Below, in pieces: positions 58,220-64,000 of a DNA stretch of 64,000 nucleotides. Numbering within the stretch: the stretch's first letter is position 1; each line of letters opens with the position of its first letter. The translations under genes and the position numbers were made by a program. This stretch comes from the human T2T-CHM13v2.0 reference genome, Homo sapiens. Below the pieces are notes generated by a model. That model had not been told where the DNA came from and ran no database searches. It was given only the letters and a program-made list of their open reading frames with translations. The DNA lies in assembly GCF_009914755.1 (NCBI RefSeq), contig NC_060935.1; one strand, written 5' to 3'.

Positions 58220-61200
58220 TTAAAAAATAGACTGAGATATAATTTACATATAAAATTCACCATTATATTATTGTTAATTTTTATGGGCATAAGTATTTAT
58301 ATTTATGGATTACATGCAATATTTTGAGACAGGGATACAATGCATGATAATCACACTAAGGTAAATGGGGTATCTATTACCTCAAGCATTTATTCTTTCT
58401 TTATGTTACAAACATTCCAATTATACTCTTCTAGTTATTTTTAAATGTACAATAAATTATGGTTGACTGTAATCACTCTGTTATATCAAATACTAGATCT
58501 TATTCTATCGAACTATATTTTTGTATCCTTTAACAATCCCAACTTCCCCAACCCCCCACTACCCTTCCCAGCCTCTGGTAAACATCTTTCTATCTCCGTG
58601 AGTTCAGATGTTTTAATTTTTAGCTCCCACAAATGAATGAGAGCATGTGAAGTTTGTCTTTCGGTGTCTGGCCTATTTCACTTAACATAATGACCTTCAG
58701 TTCTATTTATATTGTGGCAAGTGACGGGATCTCATTGTTTTATATAGCTGAATAATACTCCATTGTGTATATGTACCGCATTTTCTTTATCCATTTGTCT
58801 GTTGATAGACACTTAGGTTGTTTCCAAATCTTGGCTATTGTGAATAGTGCATCAATAAAGATAGGAGTGCAGGCCTCTTTGATATACTGACTTCCTTAAG
58901 TTCACTCATTTTAAGTGTGTACTTCGATGAGCTTTGACAAGTGTGTATACTTTTTAACCACCACAACCAGCATAGTTAAGATATATAACATTTCCATCAC
59001 CCCAAAAAATTGTCTCTGCTTTCTGTCACAATAGTTTTGCCTTTTCTACTTCATGTAAATGAAATCATGTACAGTATGTAATCTTTCTGTGTCTGTCTTC
59101 TCTGTCTCTTTTTTTTTTTAAAGACAGTCTCTGTTTCCCAGGCTGGCTGGAGTACAGTGGCGCAAACACAGTTCACTTCAGGCTTAATATCCTGGGCTCA
59201 AGTGATCCTCCCACCTCATGCTCCCAAGTAGCTGAGACCACACAGGTGCACAGCACCACACCTAGCTAATTTTTTAGTATTTTGTAGAGATGGGGTCTTT
59301 CTGTGTTGCCCAGGCTGGCCTCAAACTCCTGGGCTCAAGTGCCCTGACCCCTGCGAAGTGCTGGGATTACAGGCATGAGCCACTATGCCCAGCCTTTCTT
59401 CTCTTTTTTTAGGCTTAATACTTTTCAGATGCATCCAAATTGTTTCATATAATGGTAGTTTGTTCCTTTTTCTTACCATAATAGTATTACATTGTGTGAA
59501 TAAGTCAGTTTCTTTATCCATTGACCTGTTGGTGGAGGTTTGGATTGTTTCCAGTTTTTGGCTATTTTGAATAAATCTGAACATTTTCCTGTAAGTTTTT
59601 GTGTGGCATATATTTTTCTTTCTCTTTGGTAAACATCTCAGAGTAGAATTGCTGAGTCATATGGTAAATATATATTAACTTTTAAAAAATTCTTTTATTT
59701 ATTTTTTTAGAGATGGGGTCTCACTATGTTGTCCAGGCTGGTCTTGGATCAGCCTTGGTTAGGGATCCTCCCACCTCACCCTCCCAAAGTGCTGGGATTA
59801 CAGGCATGAGCCACCACACCTGGCCTTGATTAACTTTATAAGAAACTGCCAAATTGTTTTCCAAAGTGCCTCTGTCATTTTACATTCCCACTAGAAATGT
59901 CGAAGAGTTTTACTTGTTCTACATCCTCATCAACACTTGGTAGTATCAGTCTTTTTAATTTTAGTCATTGTAGTGGGTGTGAATGGCATCTCACTCTACT
60001 TTTTATTTGCATTTCTCTAATGATGAATGATATTGAGGACTTTTCATTTGCTTATTGACCTTTTGTTCTCTTTTGTGAAGTGTCTGTTCAAGTCTTTTAA
60101 GAAGTTGGCTTGTCTTTGTCTTATTGAGAGGTAAGGTATGGGTCCTTTGTCAGTTACATTTAGAAAATGTTTTTCTTTCTGTTTGTGGCTTGTCCTTTTA
60201 TTTCCTTAACAATGTCTTTCAAAGAGCATAAGTTATTAATTTTGATGAAGTTCAGTCTATCAACTTTTTATTTTGTATTCATGCTTCTTGGTCCCTATCG
60301 TAAATATCTTGACTTAACCCAAGGTTGCAGAAAATGTCCTCTTAATTTTTTCTAGAAGTTGTATAGTTTAGCTCTTATGTTTAGGCCTATGATTCATATC
60401 AAGTTAACATTTGTATATGGTGTGAGGTAAGGATTAAAGTTTGTGCGTGTTTTGGCATGTTTTCCAGCACCATTTGCAGAAAAGACTGTCCTTTTCCCGT
60501 TGAACTGCTTTGGCATCTGTGTTAAAAACTTAATAGACTGTCTGTGCATAGTTGTATTTATGGTTTCTTTATTATGTTCTGTTGATCAATATGCCTGAAC
60601 ATATTGATTGATTTATTACCTTAGCTTTAAGTCTTTAAATAAGGTAATATAAGTCTTCCAATTTTGTTGTTTTCCTAAAAATTGTTTTGGCTCTTCTAGA
60701 TCTTTGCATTTCCATATGAATGTTAGAGTCAGCATGTCAATTTCTATTTACAGAAAACAGGCTGAGATTTTGTGGTTGTGTTGAATCTGGATCAGAATGT
60801 GGAGAATTGACATCTTAAATTAGGTCTCCCAATCCATTGGCATAATCTTTCTCTCCATTAATTTAGTAGTCTTCTTTAATTTCTCTATAAACATTACATA
60901 GTTTTCAGCATACAGGGTTTGCACATGGTTTGTTAAGTTTATGTGTTTTGAGGTTATAAATAGCATTTAAAATTAATTTTTAATTCTTTATTAATAATAT
61001 ATAGAAATACAATTGATTTTTCTATGTTCATCTTACATACTGTTACTAAACTTGCTTTTTGGTGCTTTTTTTATATAGATCTCTGGAGTTTTCCATAATG
61101 TCATGTTATTAAAAAGTTTTACTTTCATTTAAAAGATGTAAGCCTTTTATATATTTATTTTCACTGTCTTACTCATTTGGCTGAAATGTTAAAAGAAGTG

Positions 61201-64000
61201 GTGAAAGCAGACATGTAGACATCTTTTCATTGTTCTCAATCTTATGGAAAGCATTCAGTATTTTACCATTAAGTACGATTTTTTTTTTTTCCATACTCTA
61301 TCAGTTTGGGGAAGTTACCTTCTATTCCTAGCTTGTAAGAAATTTTATAATTAACAGATATTGAATTTAGTCATATGCTGTTTCTGTATCTGTTTAGATG
61401 ATCATATGGCTTTTCTGTTTTCTTTCTTTTTTTTGACTTGCCAGGAGGTATTTTCATCTGAGGCTTTTCTTTCTTAGACTGGTGATACAGTGAATTACAT
61501 TGATTTTTGAGTGTTAAACCTACCTGGCATTCTTAGGATAAACCCCATTTGGTTTATCCTAATGGTCTCTTTATTATGTATTATGTATTATTCTTTTTAT
61601 TTATTGATAGATTTGGTTTACTAATATTTTGATGATTGTTCTTGTTCCTTTGTTCCTAAGGGATATTTGTGTTTAGTTTTCTTGTAATGTCATTGCCTTG
61701 TTTTGATACTGAGACAGTGTTGGCCTCAGAAAATTTTTTGGGAAGTGTCATGTGTTTTCACTTTCATTTGTCAGATGTAGAATTGTTATCTCTTCCTTTA
61801 AATGCTTGTGATAATTCACCAGTGAAGTGAGTTTTCTTTGTGGAAATGTTTTCAACCAGCAATTAAATTCACTGCCCCCTGAGAGTACCCACTATTCTGA
61901 CTTCTAGTACCATAGACTAATCCTTAAACTTTTTTTGGATTAATTTTTTATTTAGAGAAAAGTTGCATAAATAACACAGAAAATTCACGTAGAGTTCCCA
62001 TATACCCTACACCTAGTTTTCCTGATTGCTGACATCTTACATTATTGTGGTATATCTGTGAAAACTAAGAAACCAACCTTAGTACATACTGTTAACTAAA
62101 CTTCATACTTCATTTGGATTTTTCCAGCTTTTTCATTAATGGCCTCTTTCTGTTCTAGGATCAAATTTAGGATACCACATTGCCTGTAGTTTTCATGTTT
62201 CCCCAGTCTCTTGGTTTGTGACAGTTTCTCAGTTTTTCCTTGTTTGTCACGACCTTGCCATCCCCGAGGACTTTGTAGAATGCCCCCCAGTCTGCGTTTG
62301 CTGCTGTTGCTCGGTATTAGACTGGGTTATGCGTTTTTGGAAAGAATCCTCTTTTCCTCTCATCAGGGGTGCATGATGTCCACGTGGCATCACTGGTGAT
62401 GTTAACCATGACCACTTGGTTAAGATAGTGTTTGCTAGGTTTCTTCACTATACTCTGTTTTTTGGGAACACATTACTAAGTCCAACCCACACTTTAGGAA
62501 GGGGGAGATATCTACATACATGGTTTGAAATTCTTCTGTAAGGAAGATTTGGATCTTTCCCCACATTTATCTGTTTATTCAGTCATTTATATCAGTATGG
62601 ACTCATGTATGTTTATTTTATACTTTGAGTTCTAATGCTAGGTTTCTTTTCTTTTGCTTAAATTGTTCCAACTTTGGCTATTGGGAAGGTTTTCCGGTTA
62701 CTGTTTATGTCCCTTTCATATGCCCCTATCCTTTTGTTTTTTGAACATCTCCTGACGTGGTACTAGAAGATGCTCCAGGCTCATCTTGTATTTTCTTTGC
62801 ATCAGCTGTAGAATCAGCCATTTGAAGGAACTAGCATTCCTTTTATTTAGGAACCAAAATGTAGTTACTAGGTGTGCTCATTGCTATTGGAGTATCGTTG
62901 CTTTTAGGCCCTCTCAGGGGACAGAGCTAGGTAATATCTGTGTGAATACTAACCCATGTATACACATACATCTCTAATTGTTTCTATATGTATCAGTTGG
63001 CATATATGTTAAGTTAAACATGAGTTGATATTGATGTCTCTGATTATAATCCATTACCACAAGGTTCACTCTAGTCCTCCTTTTTAATCTGTGACTTCCT
63101 TGTCTGACCATAAGAAACCTGGCTCCAGCCACCCCATTATCCATCCACTTATTTTTTCAACCTATGTACACATGAAAAGCAAATTTAGAATTATTACCCC
63201 ATACCCCATGAGTACAGTATTTATGTACAGTTTCTTTTGTCATTAGCCTTACAATTTCAAGTCAAAACACCGTGTTCCAAAGTTTGTTAGGTAAGCTCCT
63301 TTTTCACCGCCCCTTCAGTGAAGTTATGTCATACATTTGTAATGCAGTTAGTTTCATTTGTCGCAATCCACATTTCATCTTGGGATCCTCTGACGTTTTG
63401 GTTGATGTTAGTGGTTGTTGTTTGGTTAACATTTGTTGAAGTTCACTCTTTGTACTGTGCCATTCTGTGGGTTCAGACAAATGCAACGGGTCATGTATTC
63501 ACCACCCTAATGTACAGCGCAGATCCTGCACCCTAAATGTCCCCCTGTGCATCCCGTTTGTAGTCAAACACTCTCCTCTCCTCTAGTCCCTAGCAACTAC
63601 TAATTTATTTTCTGTGTCTCTACTTTTGCATTTTCCAGAGTGTTGTATAAATGGAATGATACAGTCTTTGGATTTTTCCATGTAGTAAAATACATGAAAA
63701 ATCCAAAGATTGTATCGGGCTTCTTTCATGTAGTAAAATGTATTTAAGATTCATCCATGTTGTGTAAATTAATAGTTCATTTGTTTTAAAAATTGTTGTA
63801 CTATTCCATTGTGTGGATGAATCATAATTTGTTTTTTCATTCCCCCATTAAAGGCCATTGTAGTTACTTTCAGTTTTTGGCATTAGGAGTAAAGCTGCTG
63901 TAAATGTCCATGGCCAGGTTTTTGCATGGATATAAGTTTTCAAGTCCCTTGTGTAAATACCTAAGAGTATGATTGTAGGTCGTATGGTAACTCTGTGTTT
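58220..64000 (-). mobile_element. Nested old L1 (L1MA/MB/MC) fragments with Alus at ~59108-59393 and ~59695-59825
   Basis: Continuous reverse L1 ORF2/3' UTR-like sequence, e.g. gttgatagacacttaggttgtttcc and agaaactgccaaattgttttccaaagtg. Confidence 0.8.

Overview
Primate, almost certainly human, genomic DNA that I recognise as chr11q23.3. It holds the probable 3' end of POU2F3, the complete TLCD5/TMEM136 gene (CpG-island exon 1, two coding exons, 245 aa), and the CpG-island promoter, uORF-rich exon 1 and first ~45 kb of intron 1 of ARHGEF12 (LARG). The rest is mostly Alu, MIR, L2, L1, LTR and DNA-transposon relics. Two things stand out. (1) A ~1.85 kb antisense insert in ARHGEF12 intron 1 (34370-36220) carries two Groucho/TLE Q-domain exons with their intron and splice sites. 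It also has a poly(A)-like end, a degenerate target-site duplication and an L1 endonuclease site, so it looks like a retrocopy of an unspliced TLE (probably TLE2) pre-mRNA fragment. (2) An 18-unit VNTR in TLCD5 intron 2 was amplified from inside an MLT1B LTR. It has constant-repeat/variable-(TG)n architecture, higher-order structure and repeated TAATCC, GATAA and ATGCATAT motifs. Smaller findings are a uORF separated from the ARHGEF12 ORF by a single stop, a templated insertion inside an Alu, template-switch hairpins and a fossil Charlie transposase. Repeat subfamily names and locus identity come from memory of consensus sequences, not from a database search.
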